In this document: piece after piece, positions 54,442-64,000 of the stretch
How positions within the stretch are numbered: position 1 is the stretch's first letter
How the letters are laid out: each line of letters begins with the position of its first letter
Source of the DNA: Myxococcota bacterium
Lineage (GTDB): Bacteria; Myxococcota_A; UBA796; GCA-2862545
DNA length: 64,000 bases
Direction of reading: 5' to 3'
Assembly: GCA_039208735.1 (NCBI GenBank)
Contig: JBCCQY010000033.1
Coordinates: forward strand, 1-64,000
The notes under the pieces: generated by a model
Told to the model about the DNA's origin: nothing
Seen by the model: only the letters and a program-made list of their open reading frames with translations
Databases searched by the model: none
Position numbers and translations under genes: made by a program

Positions 54442-55916
54442 CCGCGCTCCAGCTTTAGTTCGATGCGTCGTCCTTCAGGTCCAATCTCGAGTTCACGCTC
54501 TTCGATGGCGGTTCCTCGTGCTTTGACCAACACCGGATAGGTCCCCACCGGAAGCGCCATGGCCACTTGGCCACCCGTGACCCGCCCAAAGACGTTGCCC
54601 ACCGACCAAAGCACTTCCTCGAGTGGGTTGTCATCACGCGCTGAGACAGCAATGACAAGCCTCGTCATCGGCTGGGACGGTACCAGCTCGACCGTCCACT
54701 CGACCGGGGGGCCGTTGTCGATCCAGCGCGTGGCTCGCTTGGCGGACCAGCCGATGCCCGCAGCATCGAGGATGCAGCTTCCCTCTGGGACTTCGATGAG
54801 TTCATCCGGCATGAGGCGCACCTTCTCGCCCCCATTGCATCGCAACCACGCGAAGGCCCCGTGTGCGATGGCCCCGTCCCGAGTTTGGATGCGGACACCG
54901 AGCTGAACGCCATCCGGACACCCATCGCCATCCTCGAATCCATCCGCATCTTCGGGCTCTCGCGGACACCGATCCAGCAGGTCTCGTAGGCCATCGCCAT
55001 CTCGATCTTCGCTGAGGGACGCTGCGTCCTCGTCCGCCACGGGTTCGGCAAGGCCATCGTCGCCGATCGGATCGGAACGCAACCGAGGTTGTGAACTGAT
55101 CGCGACCATGGCTCGACCGGCGGATGCCCCCAACCCGTCCACCACGAATCGGCCCACTCCGAGGCGAATCGCCAAGCGCTCCGCCGGTCGCACCCACCCC
55201 GTCAGGCCGACTTCGACGGGCGTGGTGCCTGGCAACGGCGCTCGCACTCCCACACGAGAGGCCACCTCCACCGCAGCCCCCAACCGATCCTGGGCGAGGG
55301 GAAGGGCGAAGGCAAACCGTCCCACCAGCTGGTCGCCCACCGTCTGGTCGTCGATGACGGCGGGAGCACCGACCCGAGCGCCGAGGTTCGCCAACAGGTT
55401 CAACGGGCCTACGTCGCCATCGAGGACCGCCGTCGCCTCGAGCCAAGGCGTGCGCGTGGCCAATCCTGGCACGCCAGCCCCTCCGACAGGCACCCCGATG
55501 CGGCCAATGAACGCGACGCCAAGCTGCGCTACGTCGGGCTCGAACAACCCGACCTTCACCTCGAACGAAGCATCGGAAAGTCCAGTCCCGGGCATGGTGG
55601 ACAGGTCACTTTGGACTCCGAACAAGACCGGTACCGAAACCCCGAGCCGAACCCGCTGCACGGTAAACGCCGCGGCCAGGTCGGCTTGAAACGTGTTGCG
55701 CACCACCGCGAACCCGTCGTCGCCCCGTTCGAGGACGACCGGCCCGGCCGCGTACGACACAAGCGCGCGGGCCTGGGCGCTGTTCCTACGCCACATCGTG
55801 GCGTCATCCGTCCAGATCGTCCGGCGGCTGTCCATGGAGGCGTGCAGCTGCTGCACGCTCCCAAGGGCGACGGGGTCCTGCGCCCATGCGGAGGCGAAGA
55901 GGGCCCATCCGATCAT
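54420..55916 (-). CDS. Outer-membrane protein: beta-barrel-like N-domain, TSP3 repeat and beta-sandwich domains; no OmpA C-domain visible
   Basis: Signal peptide MIGWALFASAWAQ, amphipathic strands and DRDGDGLRDLLDRCPREPEDADGFEDGDGCPD. Confidence 0.7.
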   Translation of the reverse strand: MIGWALFASAWAQDPVALGSVQQLHASMDSRRTIWTDDATMWRRNSAQARALVSYAAGPVVLERGDDGFAVVRNTFQADLAAAFTVQRVRLGVSVPVLFGVQSDLSTMPGTGLSDASFEVKVGLFEPDVAQLGVAFIGRIGVPVGGAGVPGLATRTPWLEATAVLDGDVGPLNLLANLGARVGAPAVIDDQTVGDQLVGRFAFALPLAQDRLGAAVEVASRVGVRAPLPGTTPVEVGLTGWVRPAERLAIRLGVGRFVVDGLGASAGRAMVAISSQPRLRSDPIGDDGLAEPVADEDAASLSEDRDGDGLRDLLDRCPREPEDADGFEDGDGCPDGVQLGVRIQTRDGAIAHGAFAWLRCNGGEKVRLMPDELIEVPEGSCILDAAGIGWSAKRATRWIDNGPPVEWTVELVPSQPMTRLVIAVSARDDNPLEEVLWSVGNVFGRVTGGQVAMALPVGTYPVLVKARGTAIEERELEIGPEGRRIELKLERGWPPPLP

Positions 55917-55978
55917 GGCATCTCCCTGCGAGGCCCCCCTTCTACCAGCCCTCCGGATGGCTGGGCTACGGAAACCCC

Positions 55979-56623
55979 ATGAGCCTTGCTCCGCCGGCAC
56001 GCCTAAGCGTGGTTCCCCGTCCCATGAACGAAGCTCTCAAGCGCCTGATCGACCTCGTAGGCGCGGGGTTGGGTCTGGTTGCAGGGGCACCGCTCTTGGG
56101 GCTCGCCGCGATCGCAACCCATTTGCACGACGGTGGATCCCCATGGTTTGCGCAAGTTCGCGTCGGCCAAGACGGACGACGGTTCGTGCTCTACAAACTA
56201 CGCACCATGGTCGAGGACGCAGAACACCAGAAAGCCAAGCTGCGTTCGCGAAACGAAGTGCATGGGGTGGCGTTCAAGATCGAACAGGACCCTCGCGTGA
56301 CACCACTGGGCCACTGGCTCCGCCGGACCTCGCTCGACGAGCTGCCTCAACTCCTCAACGTCCTGCGCGGCGAGATGAGCCTCGTGGGCCCGCGTCCCGC
56401 CCTCCCTGAAGAAGTTGCGGCGTACACGCCCGAGCAGCGCGCGCGGCTGATGGTGAAGCCTGGACTCACCGGTCTATGGCAGGTCAGCGGACGCGCTGCG
56501 CTGCCCTTCGAACAGTGGATTCCGCTGGATCTTCAGTACGTGACCCAGCGCAGCCTGACCCTCGACCTGTGGCTCCTGATGCGGACGGTTCCCGCCGTGC
56601 TGATTGGTCGAGGAGCCTTTTGA
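55979..56623 (+). CDS. Bacterial sugar transferase (priming phosphoglycosyltransferase, short form)
   Basis: Motifs KRLIDL, YKLRTM, DPRVTPLG.WLRRTSLDELPQL.NVLRGEMSLVGPRP and KPGLTGLWQVSGR. Confidence 0.94.
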   Translation: MSLAPPARLSVVPRPMNEALKRLIDLVGAGLGLVAGAPLLGLAAIATHLHDGGSPWFAQVRVGQDGRRFVLYKLRTMVEDAEHQKAKLRSRNEVHGVAFKIEQDPRVTPLGHWLRRTSLDELPQLLNVLRGEMSLVGPRPALPEEVAAYTPEQRARLMVKPGLTGLWQVSGRAALPFEQWIPLDLQYVTQRSLTLDLWLLMRTVPAVLIGRGAF

Positions 56624-56995
56624 TCAGTCTTCATCCGTCGCAATGACCCACACCGCGTGCAGCACACCCGGAATGTAGAACAGCAGCGTAAGCAGGATGT
56701 TGATGAACACCTCCACCCCGATGCCCTTCGTGAGGAACACCCCGACGGGCGGCAAGAAGTAGGACAGGATGAGCGACACGAACTTGCTGACGCCTCCGTC
56801 GGAGACGTTGCCCTCGCTGTCGCGCCGCGTGATTATCCAGGCCGCGTGAACCTGGCCCGGCACCCAGCACAGCAGGGTGAGGAGCACATTGACGAAGAAC
56901 GTCCCGTTGATGCCCTCCTGCATGCCCACACCCACCGGTGGAACAAAAAAGGCAATGATCAACCGGAAGAAATCCGCCTGTCCCTCGTTCTCCAT
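56624..56995 (-). CDS. YqaE/Pmp3 (UPF0057) family membrane protein with two tandem domains
   Basis: Two copies of the module: IIAFFVPPVGV..NVLLTLLCWVPGQVHAAW and ILSYFLPPVGV..NILLTLLFYIPGVLHAVW. Confidence 0.88.
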   Translation of the reverse strand: MENEGQADFFRLIIAFFVPPVGVGMQEGINGTFFVNVLLTLLCWVPGQVHAAWIITRRDSEGNVSDGGVSKFVSLILSYFLPPVGVFLTKGIGVEVFINILLTLLFYIPGVLHAVWVIATDED

Positions 56996-57084
56996 CGACT
57001 CGTCCTCCAGGGTATCATGGCCGGTCTGACCCACTCATGAAGTCGTACGGCCGCGAACCCCGGCTATTGCACTGACGCGCCAGG

Positions 57085-58335
57085 TCAACGCGTTGGGATG
57101 TCGAACCGGTCGATGTAATCGGCGTACCGACGATACACTTCGGGGCGAGCCAAGCCGTAATCCGCCGGGTCGTACTTGTGGCGACCGCGTGCATCCTTTC
57201 GCTTGTTGGCGAGGTAGCCCGCGACTACGGCTTCATGGTCGGCCTCGAGCGCAAGGTCGAAGTGCTGGGCGATGTCTTGAACCACCGCGGCGGGGTCCTC
57301 GCACAGGTCCTCGAAGCGCACGTCGTAGAATCGAGCGGGATCGGCATGGCGTCGAGCCGCCATGGCCCGGCTCACTCCATCGTGCAGCCGCCGTTCCATG
57401 TGTTGGCCGATCCGCTCGCGGTCGATGTGCCCGTAGAGGTTGCGCCACTGCATGGAGATGAGGCTGCAGTAGCTCCCGATGGTGTCGTAGGGGTCGCGGT
57501 GGGTCTGTACGATGCAGGCGTCGGGGAAGACCTCGAGCAGTGCATCAATGAAGAAGAGATGCTCGGGACACTTGAGCACCAGCTGATCGATCGGCTGACG
57601 CTCGCAAATCACCTGCAGCACCTCGCGGTATTCCTCATAGGGCCGAACCATGTCCCATTCGGACATCAGCCAATCGCCCCATCCGTCCATGCCTGACTGC
57701 AGGTCCCAATTCATCACGGCAAAACTGGGCACGAACAGCGGCCAGCACTCTTCGACGGTGGTGATGTCGATGTAGTGCACCTCGGCCATCTCTGGCGCCA
57801 TCTGGTAGGCCGCCTGGAGGATCCACGACGCATTCCGCTTGCGGATTTGCCGGTCGGTGGCTCGGTCGTCGTGCGCGGGGGCCGGTGTGGAGAGTTCCCA
57901 AAACTCGAGACCCCGCCGTCGACGGTCCAGCGAAAGCAAATTTTGCAGCACCGTCGTGCCGGTTCGCGGAAAGCCCAGCACGAAGATCGGACGTTCGATG
58001 CGGGTTTCCGCCACCTCGGGATGGTCGGCCACCCACTGGCGGAGTTGCAGACGGGAGCGCACGGCAAGGGCAAAGGTCTGGCGCAGGATGATGCGGGCCA
58101 ACGGCGTAAACGCGACGTTCTTGCGAACCTCGTATGCAATACGGTCGAACGCAGTGCGGAAGGTCGGGTCACCCAAGTTGGAAAGCCCAGTTTCGCGCTT
58201 CGCCGCCGCGATGATGCGGTCCGGCTCCGTAACGCCGAGGTGGAAGCCCAACTGTTCTTGGGCCCACGCCATCGCGTTCACAAGTTGGATGCGGGGGCGG
58301 TAGGTCAGGTTCGAGACAGTTGGCGCAGCAGTCAT
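57085..58335 (-). CDS. PAPS-dependent sulfotransferase family protein
   Basis: Motifs PIFVLGFPRTGTT, LVLKCPEH and FPDACIVQTHRDP..S. Confidence 0.9.
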   Translation of the reverse strand: MTAAPTVSNLTYRPRIQLVNAMAWAQEQLGFHLGVTEPDRIIAAAKRETGLSNLGDPTFRTAFDRIAYEVRKNVAFTPLARIILRQTFALAVRSRLQLRQWVADHPEVAETRIERPIFVLGFPRTGTTVLQNLLSLDRRRRGLEFWELSTPAPAHDDRATDRQIRKRNASWILQAAYQMAPEMAEVHYIDITTVEECWPLFVPSFAVMNWDLQSGMDGWGDWLMSEWDMVRPYEEYREVLQVICERQPIDQLVLKCPEHLFFIDALLEVFPDACIVQTHRDPYDTIGSYCSLISMQWRNLYGHIDRERIGQHMERRLHDGVSRAMAARRHADPARFYDVRFEDLCEDPAAVVQDIAQHFDLALEADHEAVVAGYLANKRKDARGRHKYDPADYGLARPEVYRRYADYIDRFDIPTR

Positions 58336-58404
58336 GCTGCTTTCATACCTTTGCGAACGCTCGTGAAAAGAGTCCAGTAATCGCCTGTCACCGTTGCGTG
58401 ACGC

Positions 58405-59304
58405 CTACTCCTCGGCCGGCTTCACGGCGACTTCGGGCTTGCGTCGATCACGACGGCCTCGTCGGCGGTCGGGACGCGACGACTCGGGAGCGGGCGGCAC
58501 CGGAAAATCGTCTTCGTGGGTCTTCATCCACTCCGCACGCAACTCTGCCAAGGCTCGGTCCCAGCGCGCAAGCATGGGCGGAATGGCGAAGGGCACCAGC
58601 AGACAACCCGCTCGGTCACACAACCGCTCGAGGCGTTCAGGCATCTTGGGCAGATCGAGGGCCGTGTAGATGCCAAGGGCGGGTCCGTGCTTGTCGCGAT
58701 GAACGAGCACCAACGCAGGCGTCAGCTCCAATGCGGACGGAATCGCCACCGGTTGGTACCGCGCCGGCGGCGAATCGAGGGTCGCAAACCCCGACAGCAG
58801 AAACAACCGTTCCATCAGCACATCGTCATCGGTTTCCTCGTTGACCAGCGCGAATCCGCGCACCCGCTCATCCGGCGGAGCGTCGCCAAGAATGCCCCGA
58901 ATCTCACCGACCGTGGAGACCCGTTTGGCCCACCGCACCAGCCCTAGCTGTTGCTGTCCGCCCGCGCGGTAGCCTTGGTACAGCTCGATGCCGATGGCGT
59001 CGGCGGGAATATCGGCCGGGTGGCCGTCTTCCATAAAGGCGAGCAGCGTCTTTCGCGGAAACAGATTCGTGATGATCGAGGCGAGGTCCACACCCGAGAA
59101 CGACAACCCTCGTCGCGCATCGGAGGCGCTGTCGTCCGAAAATTGGGCTCCCGACAGCACGACGCGCCGCAGGCCATCGATCTTGGGTTCATCGTCGCCC
59201 TGTACGGGCTCCCAGGGTTCGATCCATCGCTCCCGACCACGGCAAAGGCGGCCGGGGTGGCGAGGCTCGAAGGAGTTCGTCGAATATCCGAGCGCATTCA
59301 CCAT
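58405..59304 (-). CDS. Hypothetical protein
   Basis: 299-aa ORF co-oriented with its neighbours, with coding-like codon bias. No motif recognised. Confidence 0.7.
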   Translation of the reverse strand: MVNALGYSTNSFEPRHPGRLCRGRERWIEPWEPVQGDDEPKIDGLRRVVLSGAQFSDDSASDARRGLSFSGVDLASIITNLFPRKTLLAFMEDGHPADIPADAIGIELYQGYRAGGQQQLGLVRWAKRVSTVGEIRGILGDAPPDERVRGFALVNEETDDDVLMERLFLLSGFATLDSPPARYQPVAIPSALELTPALVLVHRDKHGPALGIYTALDLPKMPERLERLCDRAGCLLVPFAIPPMLARWDRALAELRAEWMKTHEDDFPVPPAPESSRPDRRRGRRDRRKPEVAVKPAEE

Positions 59305-59314
59305 GACGTTTCGC

Positions 59315-60400
59315 TTATCTCCCCGCTCCTGGACGCAGATGCTCTACGACCCGGAGGTAGTTCCGACCGAACACGTTGCGGATGCGATCCTCCGACCAGC
59401 CTCGGTCGAGCATGTCTTGCACGAGCGCCGGATGATGGGTGACGTCCGGCAGGTCGTGGGGCGGCACCATGAGTCCATCGTAGGTGGTACCTAGAGCGGC
59501 CGTATGCTCTCCTCCGACTCGTAGCACGTGCTCGAGGTGGGTGAGCAAATTGGACCTCGAAGCACTGGCCCGAACCTTGGCGAGCAGGCGCCCGTCGTAG
59601 CTAATACCGACCACGCCTCCCCGGTCCGCGATAGCGCGAATTTGGTTGTCCTCAAGGTTCTTCCAGTGATCGTGCACCGCGCGAGCGCCGGTGTGGCTCA
59701 CGACGACCGGATGGTCCGGAGCATGGGCGGCCAGCGTCTCGGCGAACGTCTGGGGACCCGCGTGCGCGAGATCCACCACGATACGAGCCCGGCCACAAGC
59801 CGCCAGTAGCGACCGTCCCGGCTCGGTGAGCCCATCATCGTGGCCGACGAAGCGCCCCGTCCCACCCAGGCTCGACCGTGTCAGGTGAACGAGCGCAATA
59901 CGGTGAAGTTGCTGTCCCAAGGGACCTTCGATCACCGATGGATCGGCCGAGACGGCGTGCCCCCCGGCCAACGCGAGAAAGAACGTGGTCTTGTTTGCGG
60001 CGCGGGCCCGCCGGTAGCCCTCATGGTCCACCGCCAGATGAAGATCTTCGGGCTGTGCGCGGACCAACGCTGTGATCGCTTCGACCCGATCCAGGGTCGT
60101 ACGTAGCCGGCGGCGGGCGGTGGCTAGCGGCTGCGTCACGATGCTCGCGACCACGCCTGTCACCGACGCTTCGCGCAACCGGGGAAAATCGGTGTGCCCG
60201 GTGCCGATGGGAGCCCGGTGAGCCACTCCATGATGACGGGTCGGCGCATATCCATACAACCGCATTGGAACATCGAGGGCATTGTGCAGATCGACGAAAT
60301 CGGTATCCAACAGCAGCCGGCACGCGTGCACGGAGACCGACAGCGCGCGAGCCCACGCCGCTGGATCGTCGCGATGGTCGACGTACGAAAGCCCGCCCAC
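59315..60400 (-). CDS. Membrane dipeptidase (peptidase M19) family protein with degenerate active site
   Basis: Motifs VDLH, DFPRLRE, GLTEPGR, VVDLAH, VVSHTG, NLEDNQIRAIADRGGVVG and G.NYLRV. Confidence 0.85.
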   Translation of the reverse strand: MGGLSYVDHRDDPAAWARALSVSVHACRLLLDTDFVDLHNALDVPMRLYGYAPTRHHGVAHRAPIGTGHTDFPRLREASVTGVVASIVTQPLATARRRLRTTLDRVEAITALVRAQPEDLHLAVDHEGYRRARAANKTTFFLALAGGHAVSADPSVIEGPLGQQLHRIALVHLTRSSLGGTGRFVGHDDGLTEPGRSLLAACGRARIVVDLAHAGPQTFAETLAAHAPDHPVVVSHTGARAVHDHWKNLEDNQIRAIADRGGVVGISYDGRLLAKVRASASRSNLLTHLEHVLRVGGEHTAALGTTYDGLMVPPHDLPDVTHHPALVQDMLDRGWSEDRIRNVFGRNYLRVVEHLRPGAGR

Positions 60401-60447
60401 GGCACCTCCTGGATGCCGGTATCCCTACGCCGGGCTAGCATCGCGCC

Positions 60448-62169
60448 ATGAACGCACTCGCCCTTGTCTTGACGTCACTGTCGTTGGCTCAACCCGCCGG
60501 GGAAGCTCGGGAGCTTGCCGAGAAGGCCCTGCGTCTTGAGTTCCAGCGCGATTCGATCGCCGTTCCGGAAGCCCAGCTAAGCCAACACTTCCAGGAAGCG
60601 TGCTCCCGCGGATTTCGCGATGCGTGCCGCCGCGAAACCTGGATTCGCGAGGGGCGTCCTGCCCCCGACCAGGTCCTGCGCACGTTCGAACCGACCTGCG
60701 ATTCCGGTGACCCCGTGGCCTGCCTGGCCGTTTCGTGGGCCCTCGACCAGCTCGGGTTTGCCGCGCGCACCGATGAGCGACGGGACCGCCTGTACCGACG
60801 AGCCGTCCGTATGCTGGGGAGCTTGTGTGAAACCCAGCGGTTCGCGCCGGCATGCCACGACTACGCCAACCTCATCTTCTACGGCAAAGGCATCCAGCTG
60901 GACAACAGCGCAAAGGCGGCAGTGCTCTACTGGGACAAGGCCTGCGATGGCAAGGAGTACGCCGCGTGTGCCAAGCTCGCCCGTCTGATGCAGTCCGGGA
61001 CCGCGGGCATCAAGCCGAAACGCAAATCGGCGTATGAGTATGCAAAACGTGGTTGCGACGCCGAGTACTGGGACGCGTGCTACCTCCTCGCCCAGCTCAA
61101 TGAGAATCGCTGGGACATCCAGAAGCGCGACACGGTCTTTGGAGGCCTGTGCGAAGAAGGCCACACCGAGTCCTGCTATTCACTCGCGCGAAGCTACTAC
61201 GACGGCCAGTTCCCCGAACCCGAAGAGGGCCGGGCCCAAGAGCTCTTCGAAAAAGCCTGCTCGTTTGAACATGCGCGGTCCTGCTTCGAAGCGGGGCGCG
61301 GAATGTCGACCATCGACCCGACCAAGACCCGGAGCTTCTTCCAGCAAGCGTGCGACCTGGATGACGCCGCGGGGTGCACCGCCCAGGTCGAACTTGTCCT
61401 CGAACGTGGCGATGCGTCGGATGTCAGCGACAGCCTCCATGCCTTCGAAGTGGCTTGCGAGCAGCGACCCGGTTCGCAGGCTTGCGCATGGCTTGCCTAC
61501 TACCTGCTCAATCCCGACTCACCGAACCGCGATGCGACGCGGGGCCGAACGCTGCTCTCCGAGGTCTGTACCGACGAGACGTCACTGGCGAAAGCATGTT
61601 TTGAGCTTGGCAAGTGCTTCGAAGACAAGATCGGTGGCCCACGGGATCGAACCGACGCCACGCAGTACTACCGTTGGGCGTGCCAGAGTGGGACGACCGA
61701 AGCGTGCTTCCGCGCAGGGATGCTGCTGCAGGCCGGCGTTGGCATTCCTCAAGACGATGCTGAGGCGCTCATCATGTACGGGCGTTCGTGCGACGGCGGC
61801 ATTTCCGAGGGTTGCACCAAGGCCGGCGAAGTGCTGACCTTCACGGTTCAGATCCGCCGAGACTCGGCCTTGGCGGCCAAGTGGTATGGCCAGGGCTGTG
61901 ATCAAGACAACGATGAATCGTGCCTCGGTCAGGGAGAGACCCTCGAGCGCGGCATCGAAGGCAAGCCCGACATGGCGGGTGCCCGTGCGGCCTACGAAAA
62001 GGCCATCACGTTGGGCTCGAGCGACGCAAAAACGCGGCTCGCCTACCTGCTCTGGAATGGGTTTGGCGGCAAGAAGAAGAAGGGTCGGGCCAAAGACCTG
62101 TGCCGTCAGGCCTGTCAGGAAGGCAACAACGACGGTTGTGGCCGTCCCGAATCGCTGTCCGGCGCGTGA
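60448..62169 (+). CDS. Secreted Sel1-like repeat protein (Cys-paired, Hcp-like)
   Basis: Signal peptide and many A..Y/F.KAC..G...AC..LG repeats. Confidence 0.88.
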   Translation: MNALALVLTSLSLAQPAGEARELAEKALRLEFQRDSIAVPEAQLSQHFQEACSRGFRDACRRETWIREGRPAPDQVLRTFEPTCDSGDPVACLAVSWALDQLGFAARTDERRDRLYRRAVRMLGSLCETQRFAPACHDYANLIFYGKGIQLDNSAKAAVLYWDKACDGKEYAACAKLARLMQSGTAGIKPKRKSAYEYAKRGCDAEYWDACYLLAQLNENRWDIQKRDTVFGGLCEEGHTESCYSLARSYYDGQFPEPEEGRAQELFEKACSFEHARSCFEAGRGMSTIDPTKTRSFFQQACDLDDAAGCTAQVELVLERGDASDVSDSLHAFEVACEQRPGSQACAWLAYYLLNPDSPNRDATRGRTLLSEVCTDETSLAKACFELGKCFEDKIGGPRDRTDATQYYRWACQSGTTEACFRAGMLLQAGVGIPQDDAEALIMYGRSCDGGISEGCTKAGEVLTFTVQIRRDSALAAKWYGQGCDQDNDESCLGQGETLERGIEGKPDMAGARAAYEKAITLGSSDAKTRLAYLLWNGFGGKKKKGRAKDLCRQACQEGNNDGCGRPESLSGA

Positions 62170-62960
62170 TGTGGTGGACCTTCGCCGTCGCACAAGCGGC
62201 GGCGCCGGCATTTCCCGAGGGCCCCGTTCAGGTCGTCAAGGTCTACGACGGAGACACCCTCACCCTCGAGTCAGGACAGCGCGTCCGTGTCGTGGGCATC
62301 AACACCCCCGAGCTACGGCCGCTCGAACCGTTCGCAAAGGAAGCCAAGACCTTGGCCGAGGGCCGGGTGCTCCATCAATCCGTCACCCTCACGCCCGCGG
62401 GGAGTCCCCCGATGGACCACTACGGACGCCTGCTCGCGCTGGTCTCGAGCGAAGATGGTGATCTGTCTGAAGCGTTGGTGCGGGCAGGGTTTGCCCACGT
62501 GTTCGTTCTCCCGCCCAAACCGCCGAACTTCGATGCCTTGCTCGAAGCCGAAGCCACCGCGCGCACCAAAGGGCTCGGCATCTGGAGCCTGCCGCGATTC
62601 CAGCAGACGTTCACCATCACGTCGTTTCATGCCAACGCGCGAGGCGACGACCGGCAGAACGTCAACGGTGAGTACCTGCGTCTGTGCAATGTGAGCGGCA
62701 TCCCAAACAACCTCGAAGGCTGGACGGTCGAAAACCGCCGGGGCGCAAACTGGACGCTGCCTGCGCTCGAGGTTCCCGCTGGGCACACCGTGGCCATTCG
62801 CATGGGCCAAGGCGAGACGCAAACCTCACCCAATGCCCCATTGACCGTCTATCTGGGGTCGCGCCGACCCCGCTTTGACAACACCTACGACGTGGTCGTG
62901 CTCCGCGACCCGACGGGCCGCGAGGTGGCTCGTCGACAGCAGGGGAAGCCCGAAAACTAG
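62169..62960 (+). CDS. Secreted thermonuclease (SNase) fused to a lamin-tail-like domain
   Basis: Motifs VYDGDTL, RVVGINTPE, DHYGRLLA and A..KGLGIW. C-domain NGEYLRLCN..NLEGWTV..LRDPTG. Confidence 0.88.
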   Translation: MWWTFAVAQAAAPAFPEGPVQVVKVYDGDTLTLESGQRVRVVGINTPELRPLEPFAKEAKTLAEGRVLHQSVTLTPAGSPPMDHYGRLLALVSSEDGDLSEALVRAGFAHVFVLPPKPPNFDALLEAEATARTKGLGIWSLPRFQQTFTITSFHANARGDDRQNVNGEYLRLCNVSGIPNNLEGWTVENRRGANWTLPALEVPAGHTVAIRMGQGETQTSPNAPLTVYLGSRRPRFDNTYDVVVLRDPTGREVARRQQGKPEN

Positions 62961-63760
62961 CCCGGTGTGATGGTGAACGCGATCAGGTCAGACGCGGGGA
63001 ACATCCGGAAGATGCTGTCCTCAACTCCATCGAGCACATCCGAAGCGAGCTGGCGGTCTTCCCCAACCACGCCGCACTCGTCGGTCTCCGTCGCCAATGC
63101 AAGCACTTCGGTGATGGGAAAGTCCGGACCAAGCTGAACGTTGCCACCAAGCGCAAAGTCCTCTGCCGACTGACCTTCCACCGCCACCAAGGTGTCGATG
63201 GCTTCCTGCGACGGCTCTCCGATGCCCACCTGCATCACGTTCGCGAAGTTGGCGACCAAGTTCTGCAGGCCCCCTGCGTAGTCCGTGATCGTCTGGTAGG
63301 CGGGGTCTCCGCAGTTGGTGACGATGTCGGCCACCGCCACTCGAACCTCGGCGCCCCAGACGTCGGTCGCCGCCACACCACTCGTCGCGGTGGAGTTGTC
63401 TTCGGTGATGGGCAGGATCATCAGACAGCCGTTCTGCGACGAGTCTGGCGGATCCATCGCAGGGACGATTTCGAGCAACACGCCGGAGAGCAGGAACGCA
63501 TCGGGCTCATCAGGCAGTTCGTAGGAACCAGGAAGATCTGTCGCCGCATCGTAACGGAACTGCCCCGAGACGAAGACGTGAAGGCCCGCCGCCCCCACCG
63601 CACCCGAGGCTCCTCCGGCGACCGGGACGCCATCATTGAGCGCAGGCCCATCGACACATTCGGGGCCCGTGTCGCCCGTCATGGTGTCGTCGTCTCCCCC
63701 GCCGAACAGTCCGCAGGCTCCCAAGGCCAAAAGGGGGCTGATGGTCAGCATTCGCGTCAT
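62957..63760 (-). CDS. Hypothetical acidic lipoprotein
   Basis: Lipobox LGAC followed by a GGGDDDT..DTG linker typical of myxobacterial lipoproteins. Confidence 0.7.
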   Translation of the reverse strand: MTRMLTISPLLALGACGLFGGGDDDTMTGDTGPECVDGPALNDGVPVAGGASGAVGAAGLHVFVSGQFRYDAATDLPGSYELPDEPDAFLLSGVLLEIVPAMDPPDSSQNGCLMILPITEDNSTATSGVAATDVWGAEVRVAVADIVTNCGDPAYQTITDYAGGLQNLVANFANVMQVGIGEPSQEAIDTLVAVEGQSAEDFALGGNVQLGPDFPITEVLALATETDECGVVGEDRQLASDVLDGVEDSIFRMFPASDLIAFTITPG

Positions 63761-64000
63761 GGCTCTTCCTCGCTCTCACAGATGGGACACCTGGCAGTCT
63801 GCCAGAGATGGGGCGAAATGGCCAAGCTTCGTCAAAGGAGGACACTCCCTGACCTCCAGATGACGGTTCGAGATGGGCACCTGCGCTGGGCAGGATAGGA
63901 TGACTTTGGCACCCGGATGGGATGCCCGGCTGGAGGTAGCAGCCCAGCTGGTGGGTTTCGGCCCACAACCCCCTCTGGTGAGTTCCGGCGGTAACCAGAG

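Noticed and set aside
63809..63835. GGGGCGAAATGG resembling a tmRNA 5' end
   Set aside because: It is not followed by the conserved TTCGAC, and no tRNA-like 3' end is visible.
1..64000. Prophage, IS elements, tRNA or rRNA genes
   Set aside because: I recognised no integrase, transposase, phage structural gene, terminal inverted repeats or tRNA/rRNA signature by eye.

Overview
This is a gene-dense, high-GC bacterial chromosomal segment of about 55 CDS. I found no tRNA, rRNA, CRISPR array, integrase or transposase. MYXO-CTERM-type sorting tails, a DUF2330 protein, a myxobacterial Cys-rich repeat, a kinase-AAA-TPR protein and an ftp-like type III PKS cluster point to a Myxococcota host (inference). 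Housekeeping and envelope genes: hemN, hflX, dusA, lon, galU, kdsA, pilD, a priming sugar transferase, a Tad pseudopilin triplet and an NfeD-flotillin-flotillin operon. Highlights: (1) hflX has one in-frame TAG just before the GTPase domain and appears to start at CTG. (2) A type III PKS/methyltransferase/ACP/FAAL/oxidoreductase cluster has a GST inserted. (3) A lipoprotein fuses beta-propeller-type repeats to an intact vanadium haloperoxidase/PAP2 domain and is coupled to an HExxH lipoprotein. (4) A protein resembles a KirBac K+ channel but lacks a selectivity filter. (5) Tandem LexA-like operators overlap a promoter for an orphan 60-aa ORF. (6) MutH and RNase M5 occur outside their usual lineages. 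(7) An M19 dipeptidase looks catalytically dead. All family calls come from recognising motifs by eye; no database searches were run.
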